A DNA stretch of 63,461 nucleotides, filler included, from Olpidium bornovanus S191 (GCA_017911155.1; 31 parts of 31 records of this genome joined end to end with filler, not necessarily neighbours in it); one strand, 5' to 3'; counted from the first letter of the whole stretch, positions 1 to 11,600 are shown. Numbers and translations: made by a program. The notes: a model not told the origin generated them from the letters alone.

Positions 1-79
1 CCGTGGCCCTGCTTATCCGCCTGGCGAAGGCTCATCGGCGCCGTCCGCCACTCGCGCGGCGGGTTCGTCGTCGGCATAT

Positions 80-862
80 TTGCCTTACCGGGGATACTAC
101 CCGTATTCGCCGGCGGCATGGTACGATCCTTACGGTCCCTACTATTCGCATCGTCCCAGGGAATACTACGATTGTGCCGCGTCACCTGTTCATCCCGCCG
201 GATATGCCGCCCCAGCCGGTGCGGAGTACGCGCATCAAGCTCCCCTGCCGGAAACGCGCGAAGACGAGCGGGCGATGATGTCGAAGCCGGAGACACCCGC
301 GGCGGAAGCTTTGCCAACCTTGGAGCAGCGGCGACCGCCGGCTACGGCGGCTGCCGCGCACGCTGCTCTGCATCCGCTGGAGATTACACCGACAGGTTCG
401 GGGGCCGAAAGGACGGTATATTCGCCGCCGCAGCTGGAGCCTTACCCGGTCGGAGGAAGGGGCGCCCTGCCCAGGTACCTTCCCCCGCCGCCCCAGCACA
501 TCTACGGTTACCCTCCGATGTTTTCACCGGCCCGCCGGTACGGGTACGATGACGGACGGGGGTGGCGGTCGCCTCACATGGGACCGCGGTCCTCGGCCGC
601 CGACTGGCAACGCCAGCCACACCAGGCCGGACAGGTCGAATGGCCTCCGCATCTCCCGCCCCCTCAGTCCGCCGGCTGCGCGGCTCCTCCCACCGCGGCT
701 CCTCCCCCCCCTCCATGGTTGACAAGGTCAGCGCTGCTGGCGCCGCCCGTGACCGGGCAAGCAGCCGGATGGAGCGAAGCTGCTTCCGGACGGCCGGGAC
801 CCGCGGGCCCTAATGGTCCTCCGCCGCCGAACGACTCGCCACCAAATTACGGTCCTCCATGA
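80..862 (+). CDS. Pro/Tyr/Arg-rich low-complexity coding region, probably the 3' part of a larger gene
   Basis: Open 260-codon frame with YYPYSP/RYGYDD-type composition. No recognisable domain; the track start is not an ATG. Confidence 0.35.
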   Translation: MPYRGYYPYSPAAWYDPYGPYYSHRPREYYDCAASPVHPAGYAAPAGAEYAHQAPLPETREDERAMMSKPETPAAEALPTLEQRRPPATAAAAHAALHPLEITPTGSGAERTVYSPPQLEPYPVGGRGALPRYLPPPPQHIYGYPPMFSPARRYGYDDGRGWRSPHMGPRSSAADWQRQPHQAGQVEWPPHLPPPQSAGCAAPPTAAPPPPPWLTRSALLAPPVTGQAAGWSEAASGRPGPAGPNGPPPPNDSPPNYGPP

Positions 863-871
863 ACTTACTCC

Positions 872-1062
872 CCCACCGTCCCACCCCCGAAAGCATATGT
901 TCTCGCACACTTTTCTAGATATTGCGAGAACGTCAACTTCTCCCCTCCCCCTCCTCCCAAATTTTGGCCCCCACCCTCCCACCCCCGAAAGCATACGTTC
1001 TCGCACACTTTTTCTAGATATTGCAAGAACGTCAACTTCCCCCCCCCCCTTCCAAATTTTGG
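872..1062. repeat. Two tandem ~100-bp units, each with a GTTCTCGCA...TGC(G/A)AGAAC inverted repeat
   Basis: CCCACCCCCGAAAGCATA(T/C)GTTCTCGCACAC...AGAACGTCAACTTC...CCAAATTTTGGCCC occurs twice. Confidence 0.9.
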
Positions 1063-1408
1063 CCCTAGACCGAATACCGGATTATTATATAGTTCGCCAA
1101 AAAAAGGACAACGGCGAAGTAAAATTATTAGAGTTCGCGGTCCCGCGTTTTTTCAGACGGTCGCCCCCCTCCCCTCAACCTTCCCACCCACCCTTCTTCC
1201 CCTTGCCCCCCGCCCCGTTCCCGGCTCCTCCTCTCGACTTACTCTATTCGACCGAGAAAGCACCGCTGTAAAGCCGTATTTTTTCCGGGTCTATTTTTTT
1301 GTTGTTGTTGTCCGCAGCGGGAGAAGGGAAGATGGTGGGGGGGGGGGGAACCCGAAAATTGATTTTGATAAGAGCGCAACGGACAGATCGTCCATTTTTT
1401 TGTTGGGA

Positions 1409-1545
1409 TGTTCTGACAAACGAAGGCCTGTGCTCTTTAGCTGAAAAAAGTTGGGGTGTTCTGACAAACGAAGGCCTGTGCTCTTTAGCTGAAAAAAGGT
1501 GGGGTGTTCTGACAAACGAAGGCCTGTGATCTTTAGCTGAAAAAG
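1409..1545. repeat. Three tandem 48-bp repeats
   Basis: TGTTCTGACAAACGAAGGCCTGTG(C/A)TCTTTAGCTGAAAAA x3, near-identical. Confidence 0.95.
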
Positions 1546-1605
1546 ATACGACAAAATGTGAAAAGTACGCCTTTGGCCCGGCCATAACCCCTGATTCTAT
1601 CACAT

Positions 1606-1660
1606 GACCCTAACCCTGGCCCTGACCCTGACCCTGACCCTGAAGCCCTAACCCTGACCT
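1606..1660. repeat. Degenerate telomere-like hexamer run (CCCTAA/CCCTGA/CCCTGG)
   Basis: GACCCTAACCCTGGCCCTGACCCTGACCCTGACCCTGAAGCCCTAACCCTGACC, internal to the contig. Confidence 0.7.
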
Positions 1661-1862
1661 TCGCCCTGGAATTCTAACACTGGGTCAATTTTCTTCACCC
1701 TCAAATCCATTCCTGTTCTTCACCCTATCTGCGGTTGACCCCCGATTGTCGCCCTAAGTGTAGAGAATTTTGCGCTTTATATCCCTTATCTCTTATGACG
1801 TGTAAACCACTGTACAGTCGTCCCTCTCATACTTTATAGTCCCCGTTCTGGGTGAAATGTAT

Positions 1863-2001
1863 TGTTACGGAGGATAAATCAGTCACGTGACCACAGATTT
1901 GACGACAGTGATATTCCACCTTCCCTCTTCATATTTTTTCCCGTAACTCCCACAAAATTCACACAATATAAGAGAAAAGAACGCGAAAGGTTATGAGCCC
2001 A
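1863..2001 (+). mobile_element. Putative short 5' LTR (~126 bp from TGTT) followed by a half-tRNA-iMet primer-binding site GGTTATGAGCCCA (1989-2001)
   Basis: The PBS is complementary to the anticodon stem-loop of fungal initiator tRNA-Met, as in copia/Ty5. The LTR limits are inferred from LTR length elsewhere in the window, and it ends in AA rather than CA. Confidence 0.6.
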
Positions 2002-2009
2002 ACGCGACT

Positions 2010-2490
2010 CTTCTGACCACCGCCGCAGCCCGCAGCCGCCGCCGGCCGCCGCAGCGCCTTCACCGCTGCCGCGCCATCGCCGCGCTGCCGCCCTTCTTCG
2101 CCGCCGCGCAGCCGCCGCCAACCGCCGCCGCGCAGCCGCCGCCCACCGCCGCCGCTGCGCGCCCGCGCGCCGCAACCGCCGCGCAACCACCGCTGCGCGC
2201 CCGCCGTCGCCATCGCTGCGCAGCCGCCGCGCCGCCGCCCATTTTCGCAGCCGACGGCCGCCGCCGCCGCTCCGCCATCGTCGAGCCGCCGCCTTCTCTG
2301 CGCAGCCGCCGCACCGCCGCGCATCTGCGCGCCGCCTCCACCGCTGCGCGCCCGCCGTCGCCATCGCCGCGCGCCGCCGCCCTTCTTCGCAGCCGCGCCT
2401 TCTCTGGGCAGCAGCCGCGCGCCGCCGCCCTTCCGCGCATCTTCGCTGCCGCGCGCCGCACGCATCCATCCTCTCTGCATCGCCGCGCAC
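2010..2490. repeat. GCC/GCGC-rich simple-repeat tract (putative retroelement 5' UTR)
   Basis: Imperfect GCCGCCGCGCAGCC repeats lie between the PBS and the gag ORF. Confidence 0.8.
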
Positions 2491-2563
2491 TCGGCATCGT
2501 TCTGTGACCGTGTTTTACTGCTCTCCGAGGCCCTTCTTTTCCGGCCCCGCAGCTTGAACTAGC

Positions 2564-3773
2564 GTGACCATGAGCGGTTCGACCCGGCGCAACGCCGGTC
2601 TACCAGGCCGCACTGAAGGTGAAACTGAGCATGAGTACGTCCTACGAGTCCAGGAAAGAGCGCGCGACGCAGCCACTACTTCTTCCCGACAAAAACTTCC
2701 ATTGCGGCATGCGTCAGACCTTAATGACGCTGCAGCCGCCGAAGACCAACGATCTCAAGGAACCTCCAATAACAACGCCGAACTTCAGACTCTGGAAAGG
2801 CTCCAAGCCCTGGGACTCGCTCCTAGGTCCCGGCTGTCTATACCAACAAGACGGGCTGACCCGGAATCGCCCATGGAAGACACCGGCAATGTGTATGACA
2901 ACACTGCAGAGAGGCCGCCATCACGGAAACTGCCAGGTAGTTTTCCAACACCTCAAGGCCCCCAAGAACGTGCTGAATCTGTTGTTGAGAGCGACAACGA
3001 TTCCTACCACATTCCTGACGAGCTTCTGTATAGGGACTCTTCAATGCAAAGGACCAACACCCGCGACCACCAGAAGAAAGTAAGGCTGGCAGAACAAGAG
3101 TCTGACCCTGACTCAGCCCGGTTGGTTGCCCGGCTTGAGAATGAGGGCAATGGCTCTTGCTTTGCCAAGCCCGCATCTCGGGTGAGTCGGTCCACTTTGC
3201 ATTCTGCTGGAGAAGATGACGATTCTGAGGGAACCGATGATAATATTCCTCGTCCGAACCTTCCCTGTCACACTGCAAATCTACGTTACAAACATTATTC
3301 ATCGAGGCCATACAATGAGCACCCTGAGGACGACGATGATGAATATCGAGCTTTCCTGGAGTTCAAACAATGTTGTCACCGTGAAAAGTACTCCCCAGAC
3401 TACCGGAAAACGTATCCACCATACTGGCCACCGACAGCGTCGTCACAGGAGAATTGGTCGATCGCGATGCTCTAAAGGGGATTCAGGCCGATATACCGAA
3501 ACTCTCTGGTATCGAGAGTGCATCAAAGATTTTCTCTTTCATCGATCGAGTTGACTCGTATGCCGACATCGCTCATCACAGCGATGAGATTCTCATAGCC
3601 ATCGTCACCGCCAAATTTACAGGCGACGCCGCGACCTGGTGGACAAAGCACAAACATGAGTACTCTCGTGATCATTCTCGGCGGATATGCACTTGGTCTG
3701 AACTGAGGTCTGCCTTACGCAGTAAAATTTATACCTGCAGATGCAGAAAATCGAGCTTGGAGACAACTTTTTA
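2564..3773 (+). mobile_element. LTR-retrotransposon gag, frameshifted and truncated by the contig end; Ty3/gypsy-type capsid region
   Basis: ORFs 2564-3475 and 3454-3773 overlap in different frames. IPKLSG...FIDRVDSY...AKFTGDAATWW...TWSELRSAL fits the Retrotrans_gag/Ty3 capsid pattern. Confidence 0.75.
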
Positions 3774-3873
3774 NNNNNNNNNNNNNNNNNNNNNNNNNNN
3801 NNNNNNNNNNNNNNNNNTTAATTAATTAANNNNNNNNNNNNNNNNNNNNNNNNNNNNNNNNNNNNNNNNNNNN
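3774..3873. other. Synthetic contig spacer N44-TTAATTAATTAA-N44 (first of 30 identical spacers; last at 62195-62294)
   Basis: The same 100-bp structure recurs 30 times. TTAATTAATTAA puts stop codons in all six frames. Confidence 0.99.
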
Positions 3874-4084
3874 CATGTCAAACCTGTCGAGGACGTGGCC
3901 GACCGCCTCCGCGGCCGCCTGAGCCCTGCCGGAATTTTCCCGCCATTCCGCTATTCGGCTCTTCGACACCGTTCTGCCCAAGGCGTCCTGGCCGGTGGTG
4001 GCCACGAGCGCATCCTCCGGGGTCAGGTCGCGCAGCGCAACAAAATACGGCTTTATCTGCTCGTCTCTGAAAAGCAGCTCAACC
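3874..4084 (-). CDS. Unidentified internal exon (VELLFRDEQIKPYFVALRDLTPEDALV...VLDRFDM)
   Basis: Open frame with protein-like composition, preceded by a pyrimidine tract and CTAG acceptor; runs off the contig. Confidence 0.35.
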
Positions 4085-5304
4085 TAGGGAAACGCAAAGA
4101 AAGCGCACGGCAAGCCGCGGGCGGAAAGACGAAGTAAAAAAAAGGAGAAGAGGAGTAAGATGAGAAGAGGGACGAGCAGGAAGGAACGGGGAATAAATTA
4201 ACAGAGAGGCCGGCGCCGACCGGAAGGGGCGAAAAAGATATGGATTTAATCGGGAAGACAGAAATGAACGCAGTTAGCGTCCTTGGGCAGGTAACGAGGG
4301 CCAGTCCGGCCGGCAAACACGCAGCATCATGCGAGCAGCGCCTTTTTTTTCTTTCCTGAACAATTGCGCAGGGGATAGCGCGGCAGGACAGGACAGATCC
4401 TGCAGCGGGCCACCAGCGTTCGTGAATTTACAGTTTGAGCCGCCAGAAAAACCAAAAAAAAAAACGCGCGCACTCACCTCGGGGTGACGGGCAGAGGGCT
4501 CGAAGATCGGCCGCGGCGGCAACAAAAGCGCGAGCGGGCCCCCTCCGGAAAATCGAAACCCCGCGCGCGCCCGCGCGCGTAACTACTCTCGGTGGGAAAC
4601 AAGTCATTTTACCTGGGCTTTCGCGAGCATGTTCTGGCCGACGCGGCCGAACGACACCGGGTTCTCGTCTGAGCCGTTTTTGGGGTGCAGACGAGCCGGC
4701 AGGAACGCGGCGGGCAAAAAAACGCGTTTTTTTGTGTTTTTTTTTTTTTTTTTTTTTTTTTCCCGCGACGGTTCGCGCGAGGTCAGGATACGTCGGCAGC
4801 GCAGGGAGATCGGCAGGACGGAAGCGGAAGGGGAAGTCTCCGCGGAGAAAACGACCCGAAAAGCGAAGGGGGTTGGGGGGGGGAGGGGGGGGGTTCGGTC
4901 GTTCTCCGGCCGGGGAGAAGAGGAGATGGGAGGGGGGTATCGCGAAGAGGGCCGGGGAGGCCCGCACGTCCCCCTCTCCGGAGATCAGAGCGCGCGCGCG
5001 TGGGGGTTTTTTTTTTTTTTTTTTTTTTCTCCCCGTCCGGCAGGCGACTCACCCGACGGCTCCTCGTCCGACATCCGCGCGGCGTGTGTGGAACAAACGG
5101 CGGCGGCGGAGGGGGAGGAGGGTGCTTGGGTGTGTGCGTGCGTCGGGGGAAAGGGGGAGGAGGAAAGGGCGGGGAGGGAGGGGGCTTTAGCGGGGAAGAA
5201 GGGGGGAAGGAGGACGCGGAACGGGGTTTGGCAAAGCACGCGGGCCACAGCAGGAGAGCAAGAGGGAAGACGCGAGGCGGGGGAAAGGGAGGAGGAGGAG
5301 GAGG

Positions 5305-5445
5305 TGTAGAATATGAGTTTTGAGAGGAGCTCAAAGAGCTTCTGTATTCCGCCGATCTGCCGGGTTCTACATAGATGGAAAATCTCCGGGCGGGTGCGCG
5401 CAGTGCTACGGTAGCTCGGTTCTTTATTTCTAACACCCCTCCTCA
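5305..5445 (-). mobile_element. 3' LTR (5305-5435, 131 bp, TGTTAG...ATTCTACA) with polypurine tract GAGGAGGGG
   Basis: The PPT directly abuts TG; TG...CA termini; lies about 110 bp downstream of the RNase H stop. Confidence 0.75.
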
Positions 5446-5546
5446 CTAAGCACACTAAGACGCCCATGGTCAAGCTAAACTTCGCCATTTTCGTTATTTC
5501 ACCTTTCCCTTCTTGACGCCATGGCGGTTTCTCGTCTGTACTTTTC

Positions 5547-7411
5547 TCAACCCAGGTATGATCCAACATTGATCATATCCCGGAACTTGACGAACTTTGG
5601 ATCATTTAGTGGCTTTGTCAGGAGGTCTGCTGGATTATCGGCGGTGGTAACGCGTTCGATTGTAACCATGCCATCTTGCACGCATCGACGCAGATGATGA
5701 TACTTGATGTCAATGTGCTTTGAGCGTCCTGACGTTTTGACATCCGCGGCCAGTTCTGCTGCACCAGAGTTATCGATCATGAGTTTTGTGGCTTTCGTAA
5801 CTGTACTCGGCTCGATGCTCTTCATCATGGCTAGAATCCATTGTATATCCTGTGCAGTTGTAGAGCCTGCAACGAATTCTGCTTCGCACGAAGACGTTGC
5901 AATACATGTCTGCCGTGCAGAATGCCAAGAAATGTGTGTTCCACAATAGTTGACAATGAATCCTGTTGTCGATGCTCATGTTTCATGACATCCAGCCCAG
6001 TCTGCATCACAGTAAGCTTCCAGCATCCGGTTGGTGTAAGAGTCTGATCCTGAGAATTTTAGGCCCAGGTCCTTTGTTCCTCTCAAATAGCGTAGGACCC
6101 GCTTGACAGCTGACCAATGCCTCGGCTGTGGTTTTGCACAGAATCTTCCCAGGAACGACGCCGGAAATGCCAAATCCGGGCGCGTCATCGTGGCCAACCA
6201 GAGTATGGATCCAATCACTTCTTTGTACTTTTTTTGTCAGTCCTTCTGTGCCTGTCTCATCTCTCGCTGGCAACGAAAGTGCTTCAACAGCGCCACTCTC
6301 CAATGGTGTTGACACTGGTTTGGCATCCAACATCCTGTGTCGCTCAAGAAGCTGCTCAATGTAATGTTTCTGGTCCAGAACTCGCTCTCCATCCGAGATT
6401 GTGACTCGGACTCCAAGAACGAAGTTTAAGTCTTCTCCATCAGACATCTTCAACTTTGATTCGAATGTCCTCTCAAATGTGTCGATAACTTTTGTGTCAG
6501 GTCCAGCCAGTATAATATCATCCACGTAGACCGTGATGACTAACTCGGCTGTGGCCATATCGGTCTTTTCCTCGGTCTTGTGCAGGACGTACACGCACGG
6601 TTCGGATGCTAGCTGTCGTAGTCCAAGCATGGTGAATTCATCATGTAAACGACAATTCCATACGCGTCCGCTTTGTTTCAAACCATACAACGCCCTGCGT
6701 AGACGACAAACTTGATTGCCCCTGTGCTGGAATCTCTCTGGTTGCTCCATGTAAATTTCTTCCGTCAGCTCTCCATTCAGGTATGCGAGCGTGACATCCC
6801 GTTGTCGTATCGTCCAGGCACGTCTGGTTGCCACTGCAATGATCATCCGGAATGCCGCTGCAGATACCACTGGAGAGTATGTCTCGTTGAAGTCCACTCC
6901 CAGGGGTTGGGTGTAGCCTTGGGCGACAAATCTTGCACGATACTTGTTGATGGTACCGTTTGGATTCAGTTTCCGCTTGAAGACCCATTTCCCATAACTC
7001 GTTGATTCTTTGGTCATGCGACTAGTTCCCACGCTGGGAAGCTGGTCAGTTTGTCGATTTCCAGTTGCATTGCTTGGAGCCATTGTTGCGCTTCATTGCT
7101 ATGCACTGCTTCTTGGTATGAGCAGGGTTCCGGTTGATGGTAGCTCTCAATGGCTGTCATCATTGCGTAGGTTTTGTTTGATTGGGATAACATAGCTTCT
7201 TCGATTTCAGGCGGTGTACGCAGGTTTTCATCTTCTTGCAGAATTCTTTGACGTCTTGCGCATTCCTGGTGAGCGAGGACAGTTCTTCCCAGCTCGGCGG
7301 AATGGTCTCATCTTTCCATTGTACCTTGAGCTTGAGGTTCCCTCTATTTGTGTATTGGTATGTGAGGATCCGTTGTACCTCGTAAGTCGATTCTTCCGCA
7401 AGTTCATGGAG
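5547..7411 (-). mobile_element. Degenerate Ty1/copia pol: reverse transcriptase (RVT_2) and RNase H
   Basis: KWVFKRKLNPNGTINKYRARFVAQG, QRDVTLAYLNG, ALYGLKQSGR, VYVDDI, TRPDLAF, YCDADWAG, RSKHIDIKYH. One frameshift near 6218 and an in-frame TGA near 5976. Confidence 0.96.
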
Positions 7412-7601
7412 NNNNNNNNNNNNNNNNNNNNNNNNNNNNNNNNNNNNNNNNNNNNTTAATTAATTAANNNNNNNNNNNNNNNNNNNNNNNNNNNNNNNNN
7501 NNNNNNNNNNNCCGCTTTCACGTCTCTTTCTGACGACCGGAAGGGAGTCTCTCTCGGCACGAGCGCGAGCGGAAAAAAAAAAAAAAAAAAAAAAAAACAA
7601 A

Positions 7602-7645
<44 letters not shown>

Positions 7646-8099
7646 GGGGGGGGCTGGAGGCTGGCGGACGCCATCCATGGTTACGGTTTTTCCATTAGCA
7701 CTGTTTGAACATGGAGGTTGACTTTGAAACCACACCCCGGGACACACAGGTACCTACCCAAGCTGGTTCAAGGCTCGTTCAAAAGGCCTCGTCGAGGCTT
7801 TTAGAATGAGTCTAAAACCACTTGGTTTAGGTCTTTTCCCGTCAAGCTGCAAGGGTTACAAGTCACAAAACGTGTTAGCGCGGTGAAAATTCGTGAAATC
7901 CCGCGGTCGAAGCATGGTGGTCACCATGGTCGCCATGGCCGCCCGACCGCGCAAGGACGAAAGGAAGAAAGGAAGGTGCAGAGGGCGTTGACGGGGAGGA
8001 GGGGGGGGAAGGGGGGGGCGTGGGGGGAGGGCTGGAGGCTGGCCGACGCCATCCATGGAATCTGGATGGCGGCTTAACTGCCGTGAGGTGCTTGTGCCG

Positions 8100-8690
8100 T
8101 TAAAAACTCGGGAAGCGGGTGGCGGGGAAGATGGCGAAGGCGAAGCCGCTACGGGTGCCAGAAGGCGAAGCCGAGCTGCGGGTGTCGGAAGGCGTAGCCG
8201 AGCTGCGGGTGCCGGACGGCGTAGCAGAGCGGCGGGTGCCGGAGAGCGGCGCTTCGGCGAAAAAGCGGCGGTGACCGCCGGCGGCGGCTGCGAGTGGCGG
8301 CGAAAGCGGCGGCGAACGCGGCGGCCGGAAAGCGGCGGCGAAAGCGGTGGCGAAAGCGGCGGGGAACGCCAATGGTGAAGCGTCGACGGGGCCGGGGCGG
8401 AGCGAAGCGTCGACGGCGGAGCCGCGGGGATGACAGCTTTGGGGACGGCACTGCGGGGACGGCTGTCAGAGTCCGCTTGGGCTCATAACCTGTTCCATTT
8501 TTTTTTTTCGTGACGTGCGAATCTTCTTTTTTTTTTTTGCGACGGGCCCATCTTTATTTGACAGGCTCTTCTTCTTCTTTTTTGTGACATGCACATCCCC
8601 TTTTTTTGTGCAACTGCGGATCTTTTTTTTTTGGAACATGCGGATCTTCTTTTTTGTGCGACTTGCGGATCTTCGGTTTTTCCAACAGGG
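8100..8690 (-). mobile_element. Second copia-type 5' end: LTR-like block ending ...GGAACA, PBS GGTTATGAGCCCA (8478-8490), then GC-rich simple repeats
   Basis: CA directly precedes the PBS. Post-PBS sequence resembles that at 1989-2020. The LTR 5' limit is ambiguous (8638 or 8687). Confidence 0.6.
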
Positions 8691-11600
8691 TGTTCTTTTA
8701 AAGGGCACATCTTCTTTTTTCGACGTGGAAATCTTCATTTTTTTGCAACGTTGAANNNNNNNNNNNNNNNNNNNNNNNNNNNNNNNNNNNNNNNNNNNNT
8801 TAATTAATTAANNNNNNNNNNNNNNNNNNNNNNNNNNNNNNNNNNNNNNNNNNNNCAGGCCGCCGCCGTGCTTCGGCTGAAAGGGGCCGACGGCTCGCGC
8901 GGGGCGGGTTGGGAAGAGCCCTCCGGCGCCGGCGCCGTCGTCTGCCAGCAGACGGTCCAACGGCGAAGCGCGCATGGCGTACTGATGGGATCCGCCCGCT
9001 AGCATATGCGGGGGCGAGGAGGGCTAAAATCAATACTAAAAATGGGGGGGAAAAAAAAAAAAGAAAAGAAAAAAAAAATAATTTAAATTTCGCAAACACA
9101 GCCGAATACCCTTTTTCCCTTCCCCCCCCCCCCCCCCCGCGCCTTCCCGCGGGCGTTGTGCGCGCGTCGTAATTCCCGCTGTTGAAAGGGGGTTTGGGAT
9201 GCGGGAGGGGGGGGAAGCGCCAGAGGCAGCCCAGCCCGCGACCCCGCGCACCCACCCGGCGCGGCCCAAAAAACCCACAGAACCGGCCGCAGGCGTCGTC
9301 AGGGGCGTCGCTCAACTCGAAGCTCGTCGACACTAAAATGTCGCCGGTGCTTGTCAAATACGGGAACGCGATTCGGAATTGCGCGCCGTCTCGCCTCCGC
9401 ATAGCACACGCCGACCTTGCGAAAAACCGCCCGGAAGAAACGGTGACTTGTGAGGCCGCGATTTCCCTCGTTCGTGAACCGGCGCGTGCCGCAAAGCGGT
9501 ACTCAAAACGCCAGAACCGCCCGACTGCGGGTGGATAAAGGAAAGGGGGGGGGAAGGGGGAGAAAGGGTGGCAGGCTGAGCCGAGAGGCCTGAGCGAAAA
9601 AAAAATGAGAAAAATCCTCTTCGATGACCGGAGGCCAAGTCAATATGAACGATAAAAAGACACACCGGGAGCCCGTCAAAAAATAAAGCAAAGGCTTCCG
9701 TTGCGCCCGTTGCGCACGCTGCGAAGGGCTAAACTAGGATTTATCTCGCTTATTACAAGCACCGTCGGCCGTTAGGGTTAGGGCTGCGCCCTTCCTAAAG
9801 TGTAATGTGAATACTATTACCGTAGTCCCCGCGCGTTATCGGCTCCTGTAATGTTGCCGAGGTTGATCTTGCGCGTGTTAACCGCGTGATCGCTCTTTCC
9901 GGGATATTTGAGCGCAGCTTTTCGAGATAAGTCATGNNNNNNNNNNNNNNNNNNNNNNNNNNNNNNNNNNNNNNNNNNNNTTAATTAATTAANNNNNNNN
10001 NNNNNNNNNNNNNNNNNNNNNNNNNNNNNNNNNNNNGCAGAGGAAAAAGTGCACTAATTAGAAGCTCTTCGCCTACATTTCAGGAGCCATCCAAAGTACA
10101 AGGCCTGGTACGTCGCAGACGTATTCACCCAGGAAAAGGGCTTCTAAAAAGACATGGTCGCCAGTGATCACTTTTACTGTACTCTGTCTGCCGGCCACAC
10201 GATCACGACATTCAAGAGGTCAAGAAGCGCATTCGCCGTGAATCTGATATCCCCTGAGTCGACCTTTCCTTCATCGCTCGTAGGGATCCATCTGGCCGGC
10301 CATCCAGATGGAACATTAAGCCTTTTCGCCAGCGGCGTACATCCGCTCTATCGCTGACTATCTGCGCCTCTCAGACTGCATGGCCGTTTGGACGCCGGGG
10401 AATCTTGAGCGTGTTTTCGACCGCGAATATCCCATGGAAGACATTCTCAAAAACTGCCCGTCCAGACCCTCGTAACCGAATTTCTTCTGTCTCCGCCAGT
10501 TTTACTATCCTCGTATGCCACCGGTACCCTCACGCGGGGGCCGAAACTGCAACCAATTCTCTCACACTACCCCCCTTCAGTACCCTCGGGAACACATCCG
10601 CCTCGTTTTTGCCGAACACGAGCATCGGCCTTAGGCGGACGGCCAGCCCGCCGCACCCTGCGAGGTTGCCGCCGCAGTTGCGCATCGTCGGAACAAATGC
10701 GCCATGTGGCAGCGGCATTGGGGAGATCAAAGATCCGCAAGGGCACTTCCCTTCGCCCCCCGTATTTTCGTGTGCTCGGTTGTTGTGCCGGACTTGTCTT
10801 CGATCCGGCTGCCTGTCAGCAGCGCACGCAGGCTGGCAACCCCGAGGTCCTGGGGCCAGGCAGCGCCCGCGTACGAACGCCGTTGCCCCACGGGCAAGAG
10901 AAACGATGGGGGGCCACGCTACAACTGGCCTGCTTTCTGGAGCCGCTTGGTCTCACGTTCACTGCAGACCCCTCCGACTCCTTTCAGGTTCTCGACGCGG
11001 CTTGCCCTTGGCCGCCAGCAGGAGAGACGGCCCGCAACCGACCATTACGTGCGCTCCCGCTTTTGCCCACATTATTGCAGGCCGGGTTTACGACGGCATA
11101 CCGCACATCTGCTCCGCTGTCCACAGCAACTCCGCAAAGTAGGACGGGGAGAGGGCGCCGCCTGACAAGGCATGCGCACGGCGGGCCGCGGTCGCGTTTC
11201 GTTCGTTCCGGGGCGCGCGCAGACGCGTCGTCGTGGCGCTGTTCGGGGGGCGGGGGAAAGGGGGGCCAGGGGCGGGGCGTGTCCAAAAAGGGGAAATGGG
11301 CGGCGGGGGCGGGGGGGGGGGGGGGGGGGTGGGGGGGGGGGGGGGGAAGAAAGCGGGGAAGAGCAGCGCGCGTGACGAGGAGAAGAAGGCCGGCGGGTCG
11401 GGGTCCGTCGCCAGAAGGTGTCCGAAAAGGCGGGCATCCTGCATTGGAAGAGAGACCGACCCGCGCGCACTCAAGCAGGCGCCTTGACGCGCGTGCCAAG
11501 GGTGCGATAGGGAGGCCGCGCAGTATCGCTTCCTCTTTTTTTATTTTTTTGTGGGTTTTCATTTTTTGCTCTGAAGCTCACTCTTCTCTCTGCCTTCTGA

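Noticed and set aside
1409-1545. CRISPR-like array
   Set aside because: The units are contiguous tandem repeats without unique spacers, the context is eukaryotic and there are no cas genes.
1879-2497. Long Ala/Arg/Gly-rich minus-strand ORFs
   Set aside because: They result from stop-poor GCC repeats; all three frames are open and there is no domain signal.
4428-5323. Overlapping ORFs with poly-Phe/Lys/Gly/Pro (also at 36256, 41165, 53539, 57744 and elsewhere)
   Set aside because: These are translations of homopolymer tracts in intronic or intergenic DNA.
5960-5990. RIP or CpG-methylation mutational signature in the copia copy (probable CGA>TGA stop)
   Set aside because: A single site. The three RNase H copies are different families, so directional mutation cannot be scored without aligned sibling copies.
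9771-9783. Telomere (GTTAGGGTTAGGG)
   Set aside because: Only two units, internal to the contig; not distinguishable from chance.
10154-11142. ORFs on both strands of the contig at 10037-11732
   Set aside because: I could not determine the coding strand or recognise any family.
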